Shown here: one piece after another, positions 1-14,850 of the stretch | Layout of the letters: each line of letters starts with the position of its first letter | Numbering within the stretch: the stretch's first letter is position 1 | NCBI RefSeq assembly: GCF_009914755.1 | Contig: NC_060932.1 | Length of the DNA: 64,000 nt | Strand: one strand, 5' to 3' | Origin: the human T2T-CHM13v2.0 reference genome, Homo sapiens | Position numbers and translations under genes: made by a program | The notes under the pieces: generated by a model | Database searches by the model: none | Told to the model about the DNA's origin: nothing | Seen by the model: only the letters and a program-made list of their open reading frames with translations

Positions 1-166
1 GGGACTACATGCACACGCCACCACGCCTGGCTAATTTTTGTATTTTCAGTAGAGACGCGTTCCACCATGTTGGCTAGGCTGGTCTTGAACTTCTAACCTT
101 AAGTGATCCACTCGCCTCGGCCTCCCAAAGTGCTGGGATTACAGGTGTGAGCCACCGCACCCGGCC
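1..166 (-). mobile_element. Alu (cut by window edge)
   Basis: Reverse Alu left arm ending GAGCCACCGCACCCGGCC. Confidence 0.95.
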
Positions 167-179
167 AAAGAACCGTGCA

Positions 180-491
180 TTTTTAATTTTTTATTTTTAT
201 TTTATTTTACGATGGACTCTCACTCTGTCACCCAGGCTGGAGTGCAGTGGCGTCATCTCGGCTCACTGCAACCTCAACTTTTCTGGGCTCAAGAGATCCT
301 CCTACCTCAGACTGCTTAGTAGCTGGGACTACAGGCGTGCACCACCACACCCAGCTAAATTTTGCATTTTGTGTAGAGATGGGGTTTCACCATATTGCTC
401 AGGCTTGTCTTGAACTCCTAGACTCAAGCAATCTGCCCACCTTGTCCTCCCAAAGTCCTGAGATTACAGGTATGAGCCACCATGCCCAGCC
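180..491 (-). mobile_element. Alu (AluJ-like)
   Basis: Full dimer with T-rich tail; TSD AGAACC(G/T)TGCATTTT on both sides. Confidence 0.93.
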
Positions 492-628
492 TGAGAACCT
501 TGCATTTTTGCTGTGCATGGAGCCCTGCAAATTACGAAGCTGGTCCTGATAAAAAACTAACTACTGTCGATCTTCTGTGACTCAGATAGCAACTCTGAAT
601 AAGCAAATAAGCAATTCCAGGGGGACCC

Positions 629-1311
<683 letters not shown>

Positions 1312-1452
1312 GGGTCCTTTAACATCCCTGGTTAGCAGGATGGGTTCCTGCTGCCCTCTTGGGCTGCAGGCGTTGATTTTTAGGACTAGCAGATGTAATC
1401 TACTCTTTCAAAATATTAGACAGTGACAAGTGGTTAGAACAGGGCAGATTCA

Positions 1453-1752
1453 GCTGCGCACAGTGGCTCACGCCTGTAATCCTAGCACTTTAGGAGGCTG
1501 AGGCGGGTGAACCACCTAAGGTCAGGAGTTCGAGACCAGCCTGACTAACATTGTGAAGCCCCGCCTCTACAAAAAATACAAAAGTTAGCCAGCTGTGGTG
1601 GCGCACACCTGTGGTCCCAGCTACTCAGGAGGCTGAGGCAGGAGAATTGCTTGAACTTGGGAGGTAGAGGTTACAGTGAGCCAAGATCATGCCACTGCAC
1701 AGCAGCCTGGGTGACAGAGTGAGACTCCATCTTAAAAAAAAAAAAAAAAAAA
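1453..1752 (+). mobile_element. Alu (AluS-like)
   Basis: Full dimer with poly-A; TSD AACAGGGCAGATTCA at 1438-1452 and 1758-1772. Confidence 0.95.
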
Positions 1753-3275
1753 GAGACAACAGGGCAGATTCATGAGATTCATGTGGTGAGTGCACTGTGG
1801 GGCCCATTTTAAAATCTATAACATAAATATAAACTTATATAACTTTTTTGGAAAGTAATTTGGCTGAAATATTTAAGTCATAAAATGTCCATGTTTTTTG
1901 ACCTAATTCAGGTTCTGGAAATTTATTATTAGGAAAATTTTCAAAACAGGGGAAACCTTTCTCTGTTTATTTATCATGATTGAAAAAAGACTGAGGAGCA
2001 AGAGAATGGGTAAATTAAATGTGTCCCCTTGAGGGACTCTTAGGCAGTCATCAAAATCATAATTATAAAAGACAGGGAGAAGTTGGGAAAATGCTTATGA
2101 AATAGTAAGTAGGGGAAAAAACCCAGAAATTGAATTGTAAGAATTGGGTATGCATACGGATGGAGCTAGCAAAAGAAAATGAAAAAGGAAGCTAGTATGC
2201 TCTGTTGTGGGATGGTGGAAGAATTTTCTCATTTCATTTGGATTTATGTGAATATTGGTTGTGTAATAAACAGCAATAAAATGAACTCTCTGGGAAAGGG
2301 CAGCTGATTGTCAGCTGTCCCCATATGGAACCAAATTTCGGTCCAGTTTCCTGCACAGGAAGCAGGGCTTAGAGCTGGTAGGTGCTGAGAAGGCAGCTGA
2401 TGGGCAGGCCTGGGGACCTCCCAGGGTGCAGAGGACCAGCTGGGGATAGGGATGCCTGCAGAAAAAAGGAAGGGCTATGAGAGCTAGGAAGACAGAGGCA
2501 AGGAAGAAAATTGCCCACTTCAGGGTCTTGTTCCCAGGCAAATGCGGCCTTGAATCAGCCCTGGGATTTCGACCTGGGAGGTCGCACTGTTTCACTTAAG
2601 CTCCCAGTTTGAAAACCAGAACTTATAAAACTCAGAGTGTTCTCACAACTTCTGATAAGCTGTGGTGTCTCTTGGAGCTCCAGGGGCATCATGAGAAGAG
2701 ATTACAGGAAATTATCAGGCTTTCCATTCTCCAGCAGCCCTGTCTCAATACTTGTCACCCAATCGGGGTCCATGATTGGACAGACACACTGGTTCTAGAA
2801 TCAGATCCTGGCTGATGATGATTTCTCCAGTGGGCAATTCCTGTGGTTACCTGGGCTGTGACTGGGTCATGGATTCATCTCCCCCAGAGCTCTTCCTTGC
2901 ATTAACCACTCTTCAGTTAATCTTCCAGAGTGGAGCAGTGGCATGAACCCCTGGAGCAGGGGGCAGGAGGCATGGCATTAGGAAGGTCACTTATACTCCT
3001 CTGGCCTCAGTCTTTTCATCTCCAAAATGGGAGAGATATTCAGTTTACCAAAGACTGCATAGGCCCAAGCCAATGGCTAAAGTCTGCAAAGTCCTGATGA
3101 AGCTGCCCAGGGCCCAGTTTGGGCCATCTTACTAGAAGTCTCACGGCCAGCATGAAGGAGGTGACCCTTCCATCATACTTTGTCCAGTCTGTTCACACCT
3201 TGGAAAACTTCATTTTGATCAAGTACCACCTCTTAAGGGAATGTTGACAACTGGAGTCTGTACTGACAGATTGTC

Positions 3276-3459
3276 AGCAGCCTCCAGAAGCTAGCTAGGA
3301 TGCAGGAAATCGATTCTCCCTGAACCTCCAGAAGCAACCAAGGCTGCTGATATCCAAGTTCTGATTTCTAGCATTCTGACCCGGGAGACAGTACAATTCT
3401 ATTGTTTTAAGCTGTCTCATTGGTGGTAATTTGTTAGGCAGCCTCGGGAAACTAAAACA
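3276..3459 (+). mobile_element. MLT1 LTR 3' fragment
   Basis: GCCTCCAGAAGCT...TTTGTTAGGCAGCCTCGGGAAACTAAAACA resembles the MLT1 3' end. Confidence 0.7.
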
Positions 3460-4538
3460 GGTATCCAAAGCTTGGCAGTTTCTCTTGACTCAAGGAACAG
3501 GCCTGGGCAGGAGACCAGTGTCATTAAAGAAGAGGTCACAGCATCGCAACCCAGGCTGCTTAGTGGAGATGGAGAAATGGCCAACAGGGGGGTTAGCAAG
3601 ACAAGAGAATGGGGTCTCAATGGGTGGTTGGAGCACAAGAGTCTTGAGCCAGGTAGGTGTCACCCATAAAGACCATCTGTGGAGTGAGAACATCCAGCCT
3701 CTAGTCTGGAGTCTGGGAGCAGGTCTCTAGGGTCTAGGCTCCCAGAGAAGAGCTGCTAAGAGCAAGCAGGGTGACAGCACCAAAGCAGAAAAGTCAATCC
3801 TGGGGCCAGAGGCACAAAGGAATGGGAAGGCTGAGACCCAGGGAGCGGGAGAGGGCTCAGGATCTCAGCACTGCCCAGCCAGGCCAGAGGACCCGGGAGC
3901 ACTCCCAGATCCCTGGGCCAACAATGACACGTCTGGATTCTAGGACCAGGCTGTTGGCCCCACCCATTCCCAGCAGATAGGGGGAGAGCAGGGTAAGTGG
4001 GTCATTCAAACAAATACTGCCTGCTCTGGGCTGCGTGGAGCCATGGGGAAGGGCCAAGGCAGGAGAAGTGAAGACCGAGGAAGGGGAGGTCCTGGGGACA
4101 TTCATTAGTACCCAGGGAGGAGGGCAGCACATTGGTAATTTTTCGATAAGCCCTTTTTATTTTTCCTTTTTAAAGAACCACATGCCCTGGTTCCTAGCTC
4201 AGCAGGAAACATAAGATAAATATTTACAGGCTGCAGGCTGACTTCTCCCAGATGCCTATGCCCCGCCAGCCCCTGCCCAGAATTAGGAGGAGCCCAGAGC
4301 TTTCAGCTGTAGCTTGGAGCGGCAGGAGACCCCTTTGAGAAAGAACCAGAGAGACTTTCCTTCTCTGCACAGGTGACCCATGATGTTCAATGCAAGTGCC
4401 ATCTGGAGACTCATCCGCTGGGGGCTCTAGGGCAACATGGTTGCCTACATAGGTATGGTATCCTGAATGCCTCCCTGAGCTGGCCCTGGTCACTTCAGAG
4501 ACCAGTAGGACAAGGAGAGTGGCCAATTCTAGGTCTTA

Positions 4539-4844
<306 letters not shown>

Positions 4845-5844
4845 TGGGGATGCTTCACCCACTGGAATGGTGGATTGGCTGCAACCCAGATGCCCATCAT
4901 CTGCAAATAAACCCTGTCTCTGGCACACTGGTGAGCACTAACTGAATCCGCGGAAGCATGGAACACACACCGTGCAGTGGCCAGCTGATGGTCACGGATT
5001 TCCATATTAGGATGGCCTGTCAGAACTTAAAAGGAAGAAAAAACCCACCAATGTATTTATTACTGTGCCCAGAGGCGGGGCTGGCTACTTTGTGCCCTGG
5101 CCCTAGCATTCCCTATTGGTGGTCTAGGCAGAGTCTGTGACACCTTACTGCTGTTTACTGTGCAAATGGGATCCAAGATGAATTCTAAATCAAAAGCCTC
5201 CTATTGAGAATATTCCCGGATTCCCATTTTGGAGGCTAGAGTGTCTGAAATCATTACCAGCACTGCCAGAAAACCAAGAGTTTTAATGAAACTCAGTCTT
5301 TGCAAATTTATAAGTAGCATTCGAGACTTGCTCTTTTGAGTAACATAGCAGCTAACACAGAACCTTGCACCTGGTAGGTGATCAGTAGATAGTAGTGAAA
5401 TACTGTAGTAGTATAAAGTGAATGGTTGCAAAGGAAAAACCAAGTTCCAGGAGGTGTAACCCGGCAGGGCTCACCCCAGCTATACCTCCAACCTCCTGCT
5501 TCCTGCCCCTAGCACGTGTGGGACTTCTCAGAATCCTGGGACCAACCTGGGACTCACCTATGCATGACCTTCACCCTCTGGGAAGTCCCGATCCCCGGGG
5601 ACAGGAGTGGGCAGGTAAGCGCTCTCCCCAGACAACTCAGGCCCCTGCTGCACAGCTCCTGGGTCCTGGGGGCATGAGGCCCCAGTTGCCACAGTGGGGA
5701 CCAACTCCAGGACACATGCTGGCATTTGCTTTTCCTCCTTCCTGATTTCACTCTCTCTAAGTCCCTGACTCCTGCTGCTCAGGACCCCTTCTCACCAAGA
5801 ACTTCCAAGGCCCTGGCTCCGGCTCTGATTTCCATAGAAATCCC

Positions 5845-6239
5845 AGGCCGCCATCACAAAATACCACAGACTGGGTGGCTTCCGCTACAGACTTTTATGT
5901 TCTCACAGTTCTGGAGGCTGGCAGTCTGAGCTCCAGGGGTTGGCAGGGCTGGCTTCTCCTGAGGCCTCTCTCCTTGGCTCGTAGATGGCTGCCTTCTCTC
6001 TTGCCCTCCCACGGTGCTTCCTCTGTGCAAACACATCCCTGGCATTTTCCTGTGTGTCCTTATCTCCTCTTCCTATAAGGACACTGGTCATATCGGATCA
6101 GGGCTCACCCTAATGGCCTCATTTTCACTTAGTCACCTCTTTAAAGTTCCTATCTCCAAATACAGTCACATGCTGAGGCACGGGGTGGGGATAGGGCTTC
6201 CACGTGTGGATTTGGAGGAGACACAATTCAGTCCATAAC
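5845..6239 (-). mobile_element. MaLR solo LTR (MLT1 family)
   Basis: AAATACCACAGACTGGGTGGCT...TCACAGTTCTGGAGGCTGG...CCAAATACAGTCACA...ACAATTCAGTCCATAAC. Confidence 0.85.
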
Positions 6240-7929
6240 TAGCGGTTAGGGAGGGCTCTTCCTAAAGATGAACTGGAAAGAAGTTGGGGTGGGCAGTAAC
6301 GGCGGGTGCCCATTTCCAAGCTGTGGTCTTGTCATTAGGCGATACTGTCCCAGCCCACTCAGAAGAGCCTACAATGAGCCCAGGCCATGGGGTGCTTCTA
6401 GAACCAAGCGCTTCCTCAAATCACTGATGCCACCCTTGGCTAACACACGTGCAGGGTCTGATGATTCAGTTTAGAAACTTAAAATGTCCTGTGGGGCACA
6501 GCAATGTGAATATACTTATCACTTCTGAACTGTGTACTTAAAAATGTTTGAAGGTGAATTTATTGGTGTGGGATTGTAACTATAATAAAAAAAAAATCTT
6601 GTGGGGAATCTTCTCCATACTTTCATGGGGTTTGTTGGTGTTTTCTTGCAGTTATTTCTAGAAAGGGGCCCTCAAAGACTCACTAATCAAATATGTCTGT
6701 GAAGAAATAAAACCCTATCTGACAAATTTAGACTCTGTTCTCAAACCTCACATGCCTGTTTAGAGATAAATGACTTGCCCTGTAGTCGATGTTCACTGAC
6801 TTTCCCAGACCCCTTTCTTTGCATTTAAGGGAAAATCCTCATTGACAGGCAATGCAGGAAAGCCTCTGCCTACAATGAATCAGTACACGGAGAGGGATGG
6901 GCGTGAGGCTGCTCTTCTACAGCCCAGAGTTGACCTTATCTCCAGCAGTTTTTAATCTATGTGAAAATTAAAGAGGAAAAAAATCCAGCTTGCTGGATTT
7001 CACTTTGTACACACCCTTTTATATAAATGTAGCACCCACCCATCGTAAACTAGTAACTCCTTTCTGGAACCTCATTTCATCACTGAGCCAGCAAACTGAC
7101 CATTTATATATATATATTTCTTAAACACGAATAAGTGGTCTAAACTTTATGAAGAAAAAACATGAGATCATTTCAATACTTCTTGCAGAGATATTCTCTG
7201 TTTATGGAATAAGTGGGTCCTGCCTGATTAACGGTGGAGGGGGCTTTCATTCATTCAGCACCTACTGATTGTCAGGCACTATGTTGGCCACTTTATACCA
7301 TACACAGAATATCTGATACATGTATGAATTTTTAAAGTTTTGTAGTAGTCTTCAGAGACAGATGTTGTGGAGAAACTTAGGGTTTTGGATCTGCAGGCAA
7401 GATACTTGCATCAACTTGAACATTAAATGTATATGACAGGGACTTTTTGCACTCCACCACCCCAAACACCATGCCCCTTCTCCCTGCTCATGAATGGCTG
7501 GGCCCTGTGGTCAGGGATATTGGGACATTAACTTGCAGGCTCTAAAGAGATGACCAGTGCAAGTGGCTGGGTCAGAGCTGGGGGCTGTGTTCACGTGGTG
7601 TGGACAACCTGGCTGTCAGTCCAGCATCATGGTTTCAACCTCCAGGTCAATGAGTGAGCTCTGACTTTTGCATGTCCCCCACCATGGACTCTTGTCCTTG
7701 CTCTTCCAGGCCACAGATGTGTACTGCCAGTCTCAGCAGGAATTAGACCAGAGAGTAGCAATGTCGGGCCTGTAAGAGACCCTGGCAACCACTGTGATGC
7801 CCCTCCATATTTTATAGGTAAGGAAACAAGAAGCCTCTTGTCCTGGGTCACGCAGCTAGACAGAGATACAGATGAGATGACTAACCCAATGGCCCATCCA
7901 CCTAACTGGATGGAAGAAGAAAGGAAGCT

Positions 7930-8120
7930 AATATTCATGGGAGTCTACTCAGTGCCAGGCAATGGGCTGGGGACTGCATGTATTATGTTTCATGGGATCC
8001 TCTGAGGTTGCTATTCATATGTCCAGTTTTACAGATGAAGCTTAGAGAGATCAGGTGGCTTACTCAAGATAACACTGCTAGTGAATGTTAAATCCAGAAT
8101 TGGAGCCCCAGACTATCTGC
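7930..8120 (-). mobile_element. MIR
   Basis: TACTCAGTGCCAGGC...TTTTACAGATGAAG core in reverse orientation. Confidence 0.6.
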
Positions 8121-8831
8121 CTCTTTCTACTCCACCACAATCTGTCCCTCTTGCCCTAGCAAGAGACTCCCTAGGTTGCGTTAGAGGCCCCTCCTGTATT
8201 TTTCTCCAGTCTGCCTCCTGGCCACAGTCCCATGAGGCTGTAATCTGAAATCAGTGAGGGCGGCAAGCATGTTTCTCTGCTTCTATCTTTCTGGACAATT
8301 TGTTCCATAAGTGCTTGTTTTCAAACAGCTCACCATCATTCCCCCAGGGGCTCCACATAGCTTTCGGTTGGAGCAGCATAAGCTCTCCCCACTGGTGATT
8401 TTCTCAAATTCGTCTTTCTTCACTTGTTGAGCCGGTCATAAAGTATTTTAAGGAGGCTGGAAATTATTCTCACGAGTAAGCATGTGAGAAATCTGAGTCC
8501 GACTTGCCAGGAATCTAGGCCTTTATTGGGTTTCCTCTCTCAGAACATAAGGTTTGGAGCCCAAGTGTCAAATTTCTCACGTCACTGTTCTTTAAAAGGT
8601 GGACTCACAGTGCAGTAAGATCGTGGACACTTTGAGCCAAAAGTGACCTTAATAATAATTTACTTACCATTTTCATGTGAGGAAACAAAGGCTGGAAAAT
8701 GTGATGTGAAATGTCTCAGATCACCTAGATTATTGGTGATGAAATCAGGGCTTGTATGCATATTTCTCAAAACCCAGTTCACATCTTTTTCTACTATATC
8801 TACTCTGCTGTATAGGAAGTCAGAATTAGGT

Positions 8832-9039
8832 ACCCACTCACCCACCCATCCATTCATCCATCCACCCACCCACCCACCCATCCATTTGTCCATCCATCCA
8901 TTTGTCCACCCATCTGTCCATCTATCCACCCACCCAACCATCTGCCCATCCACCCACCCACCCATCTGCCCATCCACCCACCCAACCATCTGTCCATCCA
9001 TCCATCCATCCATCCATCCATCCATCCATCCATCCATCC
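8832..9039. repeat. (CCAT)n/(CCAC)n tetranucleotide array
   Basis: Visible mixed CCAT/CCAC units, purest at 8994-9039. Confidence 0.95.
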
Positions 9040-9519
9040 AAATCATCACTGACCATAATGCAAAAGGCATTTCACCCAAACAGGGAGGGTTTTCCCAATT
9101 AAAAACACTAACACTGAGAGCAAGAGTTACTTTGAAAGATTAATTGGGCCTAGAGTATTTTGCATTATTAGATTGGTTGGATATCTTCAGGATTGCAAAA
9201 ATATTTAATCTTACAAAACACTCCTATGAAATTTTGCTAGTGACAATCATCAATCACAATATGATTTTATGGGGATTCAGAGTCTTTTCTACAAAAGAGA
9301 AAAATTCTGATGATAACTTTTAACATCATATAGTTAAAAAAAAAACCCACAATACATCTTATATTTACCATGTTTCAAAAGCTGGCAGCTTTGTGTGAAG
9401 TGTAGATGATATAGAGGAAGCAGATTTTATAATTCAGAATAGATTCTAAATAGAATGGAATCAATTTAGATTTAGAATAGACTCTGAGAATTGGTTGGGT
9501 CCTTAGACACAGTTAGTTA

Positions 9520-9700
9520 GATTAGAAAGAAAGGAATGTTGACCTTGGAGTCCAGAGGCCTGGGTTTGAGTCCTGACCACTACCCGCTATGCTGATACAT
9601 ACTCTTGGACATGGGAATTTGTCTTTCTGAGTCTCTCACTTTTGACCTTAAAATGGAATTAATAACGTCTACCTCATGGGGTTGTGTGAGGACTCAAGAA
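9520..9700 (+). mobile_element. MIR
   Basis: CCTGGGTTTGAGTCCTG...AAAATGG...CTACCTCATGGGGTTGTGTGAGG. Confidence 0.6.
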
Positions 9701-10032
9701 AAGAATGAACTCTAATTGAGCACTTACTACAGGCCCAGCACTGTGCTTTGTGTTATGCAGATATTATCTCATTTGAGAAAATCAAATAGATGGGAAGAAA
9801 ACCCCACATATACTGCAAAGTCCTATTCAAATTCAAACTCTCGGTGTTGTTATTAACATCCTTTCCATGCACACCCTGCACCTCCCCTTCCTACACTCAT
9901 TCTCAGATTTGTAGGCATTAATATTTATAGAGGAACTCCAAACAGATGTATAGAGCTTTACATTTCACAAAGCACTGCTGTGGACATCATCTCATTTTGT
10001 ACTCTTGACCAACATTTAATCCCCATTTACAT

Positions 10033-10034
10033 CA

Positions 10035-10075
<41 letters not shown>

Positions 10076-10361
10076 TTGAGGCAGAATCTTACTCTGTCAC
10101 CCAGGCTGGAGGGCAGTGATGTGATCTCGGCTCACTGCAACCTCTGCCTCCCGGATTCAAGTGATTCTCCTGCCTCAGCCTCCTGAGTAGCTGGGATTAC
10201 AGGCGTGCACCTTCACACTCTGCTAATTTTTTTGTATTTTTAGAAGAGACAGGGTTTTGCCATGTTGCCCAGGCTGGTCTTGAACTCCTGACCCCAGGTG
10301 ATCTACCCACCTCGGCCTCCCATAGTGCCAGGATTACAGGTGTGAGCCACTGCGCCCAGCC
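10033..10361 (-). mobile_element. Alu with (ATT)n tail, inserted in a MIR
   Basis: Reverse dimer; tail converted to ATT triplets 10038-10075; TSD CCCATT(T/C)ACAT. Confidence 0.93.
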
Positions 10362-11472
10362 CCCATTCACATGAGATGAAGAGCTGAGGCCAGCAAGAAA
10401 TAGCTTTTCCACCATTAGCCAGTGACAGCCAGGCCTCGAGACTGAGTCTTGCAGCCCCAAGTCAGAGTATGTTCCACGTGCCTTTATCCCACCTCCTCCC
10501 TACGATTGTGACTTTCTGGCTGCTGGAACGCACAGCTTTTCACCCTCTTCACGATGGTGGCCCCCACTACTGCTCTCCCTAGAACTAGGTAGTTGCTTGA
10601 TACTTTCCAAAGAGATCCAGAACGCTGTTCTCTCACTTTCCAACCACCACCACCAAGCCTGCCAGCTCTCTCACTGTTAGGAAAGCTGCCCATTGCTTCA
10701 ACTGGCAGGTTGATCCCAGCCCCTTGACCTTCTCCACCTGCCCTCCTCTGGCCATGCCCGGATCACTGCCATGCCTGGATCCAGAGCTGCCTTCCGATGC
10801 CCCGGCCTCTGGGAGAGTTTATCAACTTTTGTATACATCAGTGGTGAACTCTGAGCACCTGCGTCCACTTCCTTCCCCACTTTAACTCTCGGGCTGCACG
10901 GTACTGCAGAAGTGTTACGCTGACTTGGCCCTTTCTTGTGCTGCTTGAACATCCTGGAGTTGGGCTGCCTTGAGTGGGTTGGAGGGCTGGAAAAAAAAAT
11001 GCCCTTTGCTGCTATCTCAAAGCATCTTCATGCTTCTTAATGCTGAAGCCTGCTTTGCCTCTCTCATTCTTGGAAGTAACTATATCCACTTTACCAAGAA
11101 CATGAAAGCCATTTAGCAAGAACACCATCTCCTCTGCATCATTTAGCATGAATGCCACCTCCTCTGCACCTCACCATAGTTCTGCAAACACACTGCTTCT
11201 TCTCAGATGAGAGTAAGAAGCATCCCTCTTCCTGCTCAAGGTGACCTGCACCCTCTGTGTTCCATTCTGTTCCCTGCTGGCTCCTTGATAGGAAGCCAGT
11301 GGTGGGAGAGGTGCAGTCCTGTGATGCCTTGAAGGAGCCATCCAACATAGAAGCACCAAGAGGTTGGAAGGGTGGGGTGTGTTAGGAGGTTGCATCCTAA
11401 CTAATGAGGGTACCCCACAAGATAGCCCTCTAAATATTTGAAGATGGATCCCCTTTCCTTAAGGTTTCCTTT

Positions 11473-11672
11473 GCCAACATGGCAAAACCCTGTCTCTACT
11501 AAAAATACAAAAAGCTTGTGTTTTTACAAACCAGGCATGGTGGTGTGAGCCTGTAGTCCTAGCTATTCCGGAGGCTGAGGTGGGAGGATCACCTGAGCCT
11601 GGGAAATGGAGGCTGCAGTGAGCACTGCACTCCAGCCTGGGTGACGGGAGTGAGACTCTGACTAAAAATAAT
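11473..11672 (+). mobile_element. Partial Alu (end of left arm plus right arm)
   Basis: GCCAACATGGCAAAACCCTGTCTCTACTAAAAATACA...CACTCCAGCCTGGGTGAC. Confidence 0.85.
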
Positions 11673-11733
11673 TATAAAGTCCCTTTATTGCCAAAGTCAT
11701 TCTTTCCTGAATGTGTTTTAGCTTAAATGCATC

Positions 11734-11922
11734 CAGCGGTATGCTGATAAATGTTTAACAACTGGTTCTCCAAGGGGTTGGGGAGAAGCCTAAGCTGTGG
11801 TGCTTGCCAATGTTTGAGGTGTAAATATCCCACTATGACCGACTTCAAGCTACCAACATGACATCATTGACTACGGAGTTAGGAAAAGACGCACGTAATC
11901 AGAGCTGACCAGCACACCACTG
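11734..11922. mobile_element. Non-autonomous hAT-Tip100 DNA transposon (ORSL-like)
   Basis: Imperfect terminal inverted repeats CAGCGGTATGCTG ... CAGCACACCACTG; degraded 8-bp TSD AATGCATC/TCTGCAGC. Confidence 0.65.
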
Positions 11923-12029
11923 TCTGCAGCCACCTTACATTGCAGCGGTCAGAGAGGAAAACAGCAATGAAGAGGGTTAGAAAAGCCACATTTGATGACC
12001 ACCTTTGTAATAACTGACTCGGGCAAGAA

Positions 12030-12810
12030 TTGTAAGTGGATGCTAAAATCATGGAGTGAAGGATTGCTGGCAATCAGTGTATTTACACAGCCTCAGAGTG
12101 TCTCCCCACAGATCACTTCTTAATCAGAGGGAATAAAAGATAGCTTTACAGTAGATTATTCTGACCAAATTTACCTTAACCAAATTTACCATTACCAGTA
12201 CAGGAACAAATTGACACAATCCACCTCCTCAAATGACTTAGAAAGTGTTACTGCCAAGAAGGTTTAACCTACGTCAATCATGGGAAAACAATTAAACAAA
12301 CCCAAGTTAAAGGACAGGATAGCAAGCAACTGGCCTGCATTCTTTAAAATGTCCATGTCATGAAATACAGTGAAAGGCAAGGAACCCATCTAGAAAAGAC
12401 TATGGAGCCATGAAAACCACATGTATATTCTGGATTGGATCCTGCATCAGGAGTTTTAAAAATGGTTATAAAGGACATTCTTGGAGCAACGGAAGAAAAT
12501 TAAATATGGATATACTGTATTTATAATCAGCATTAGATTTCTTGAATTCAGTAATTGTATAGTGGTGATATAAGACAATGTCCTTGTTCTTGTAAATACA
12601 CACTAACATATTTAGGGGTGAAGTTTGCAACTCACTGTCAAATGGTTCCACAAAAATTAAAAATGGTAATAACAAACGTGGGGCGAGAAGAGAGAGCAGG
12701 TACACGCAAATGGCATAAAATGTTAACAATATTAAAATGAAGGGTATATAGCACTCTTTATAGCTTCCAACTTCTCTGTAGGTTTAACATTTTTTAAAAA
12801 ATAAAAAATT
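12030..12810 (+). mobile_element. Old L1 (L1MC/L1ME-type) 3' region
   Basis: A-rich sequence with CTGGATTGGATCCTG, GGACATTCTTGG, TATTTAGGGGTGAAG, ending in A-rich tail. Confidence 0.65.
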
Positions 12811-12811
12811 A

Positions 12812-13112
<301 letters not shown>

Positions 13113-13117
13113 ATTGA

Positions 13118-13428
13118 GGTCAGGCGCTGTGACTCATGCTTGTAATCCCAGTACTCTGGGAAACTGAGGCAGGTGGATGACTTGAACCCAGGAGCTCAAG
13201 ACCAGCCTGGGCAACATGGCAAAACCATCTCTACTAAAAATACAAAAAATTAGCCAGGTGTGGTGGTATAGGCCTGTAGTGCCAGCTACTCAGGAGGCTG
13301 AGGTAGGAGGATCATCTGAGTTCAGGAAGAAGAGGCTGCAGTGAGCTGTGATTGTGCCCACTGCACTCCAGCCTGGGTGATGGGAATGAGACTGTAAAAA
13401 AATAATAATAAATTGAAAAAAAAAAAAG
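13118..13428 (+). mobile_element. Alu (AluJ-like), tandem with previous
   Basis: Full dimer with A-rich tail. Confidence 0.92.
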
Positions 13429-13999
13429 GAAACACTGAGGAGTTGTCTAACCTGCATGGAGCCAAATAATACTGGTGCCTCCCTTATTCTCTATGAACGT
13501 AACTTTGATCACGATAGCTTTTGGTGGCAGGCATGTCACACACTGACTCATAGACTGCATCCTGCCAAACTCAAACCCTCAACCTTGCTTTAAAAACTGA
13601 TGTCAAGCCGTGGCTTCCCCATTTGTGGGGCACTACTTCATGTGTGTCCATATTAATTGACCAGGTCTAAGCTATCTCTCTGGGTTTCAGCCTTATTTTG
13701 GGTTCTGATTCCGCATTCCTTTAAATTGAGTGCTGATCTCTGTGAACCACAAAGACAACAAACATGTCATCCGGGATTTAACTACATAAAGATTTATGAA
13801 GCATACAGGTTGTGCAAAGCAGCAGGTTGGGTACAAAGAAATCAACAACAAGTAAATAAGATGTGAGTGTCAATCATAGCCTTCTGGAAGATAAGAACCA
13901 GGTCTTATACTTCCTTGGTCCCCCTATAGCACCCCATGGTAGTGAGTATGTATTAGACACTTTATAAATGCCTGATTTGACCTCACATAGTAACCAGGC

Positions 14000-14520
14000 A
14001 AAAGGCTTAAACAGCCAGTCTCCTTAAGAGATGACACAATGAATAATCAAATGTATGGAAAGCTTGATGAGATTATTAGCTATCAAAGAAATGCAAATTT
14101 TAAAAAAGGAAATCTCTAAAAGTAATGGAACAGTGCTACATCATGCTGGCAAGACCGTGGTGAACGCTAGTGTGTTTAAACATTGCTGATGACTGTGCAA
14201 ATATTTTTGGAAGGCAATTTGGCAAAAAGTATCAATAGCCATAAAAATGTTCACATCCTTTGCAAAATAGTCTCTCTCCTGGGAATTTAAGAAGTAACCC
14301 AAAAGAAGGGAAATGTTACAGCAGTGAGAAATTTATCACTCTCTTATTTGTAGCAGTGAAAACCTAGAGAAGTCGTGGATGAGCAATTAGGAACAATTAA
14401 ATCATGGTACATTAACCAGATGAACTTTAATGAAGCTCTAAAAATGACAACCATGAAGTCTGCCATGTAACAATGTGGGAAATGCATACGCTATCACAGG
14501 AAGCAAGCACATACACACAA
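14000..14520 (+). mobile_element. Old L1 (L1ME-type) fragment
   Basis: ATCAAAGAAATGCAAATT...TTTTGGAAGGCAATTTGGCA, typical of the L1 ORF2 end/3' UTR. Confidence 0.6.
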
Positions 14521-14583
14521 AGGATTAAAAGAAAACCAGGATTCGTGAAAACAACTGACTTTAGAGGAGTGGAATTATGAGTG

Positions 14584-14710
14584 CAGCCTTCTTCTCTGAA
14601 GGGATTGGCTCCAGGATCCCCCACAGAAAATCCTCAGATGCTCAGGTCCCTTCATTGGACCTCCTGTATTTGCTGGTTTCACATTCTCAAATTCAATCAA
14701 CCACGGATAG
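14584..14710 (+). mobile_element. MER2-family (Tigger) fragment
   Basis: GGGATTGGCTCCAGGATCCCCC...AAAATCCTCAGATGCTCAGGTCCCTT...TCAATCAACCACGGAT. Confidence 0.6.
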
Positions 14711-14719
14711 AGAGAGGAC

Positions 14720-14850
14720 TCAAAGGAAACCAGCCCTGTTAGCACCTTGATCTTGGACTTGCAGCCTTCCTGAGAGAAAGTAACTACATCTATTGTTTAA
14801 GCCACGCAGGCTGCGGTATTTTGTTATGGCAGCCTCAGCAAACTAATACA
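14720..14850 (+). mobile_element. MLT1 LTR 3' fragment
   Basis: CACCTTGATCTTGGACTT...TTGTTATGGCAGCCTCAGCAAACTAATACA. Confidence 0.75.

Noticed and set aside
8643-9143. Low-complexity ORFs on both strands
   Set aside because: Products of the (CCAT)n repeat.
9435-9485. Short AT-rich inverted repeat (ATTCTAAAT...ATTTAGAAT)
   Set aside because: Too short and low-complexity to support a miRNA or structured RNA.
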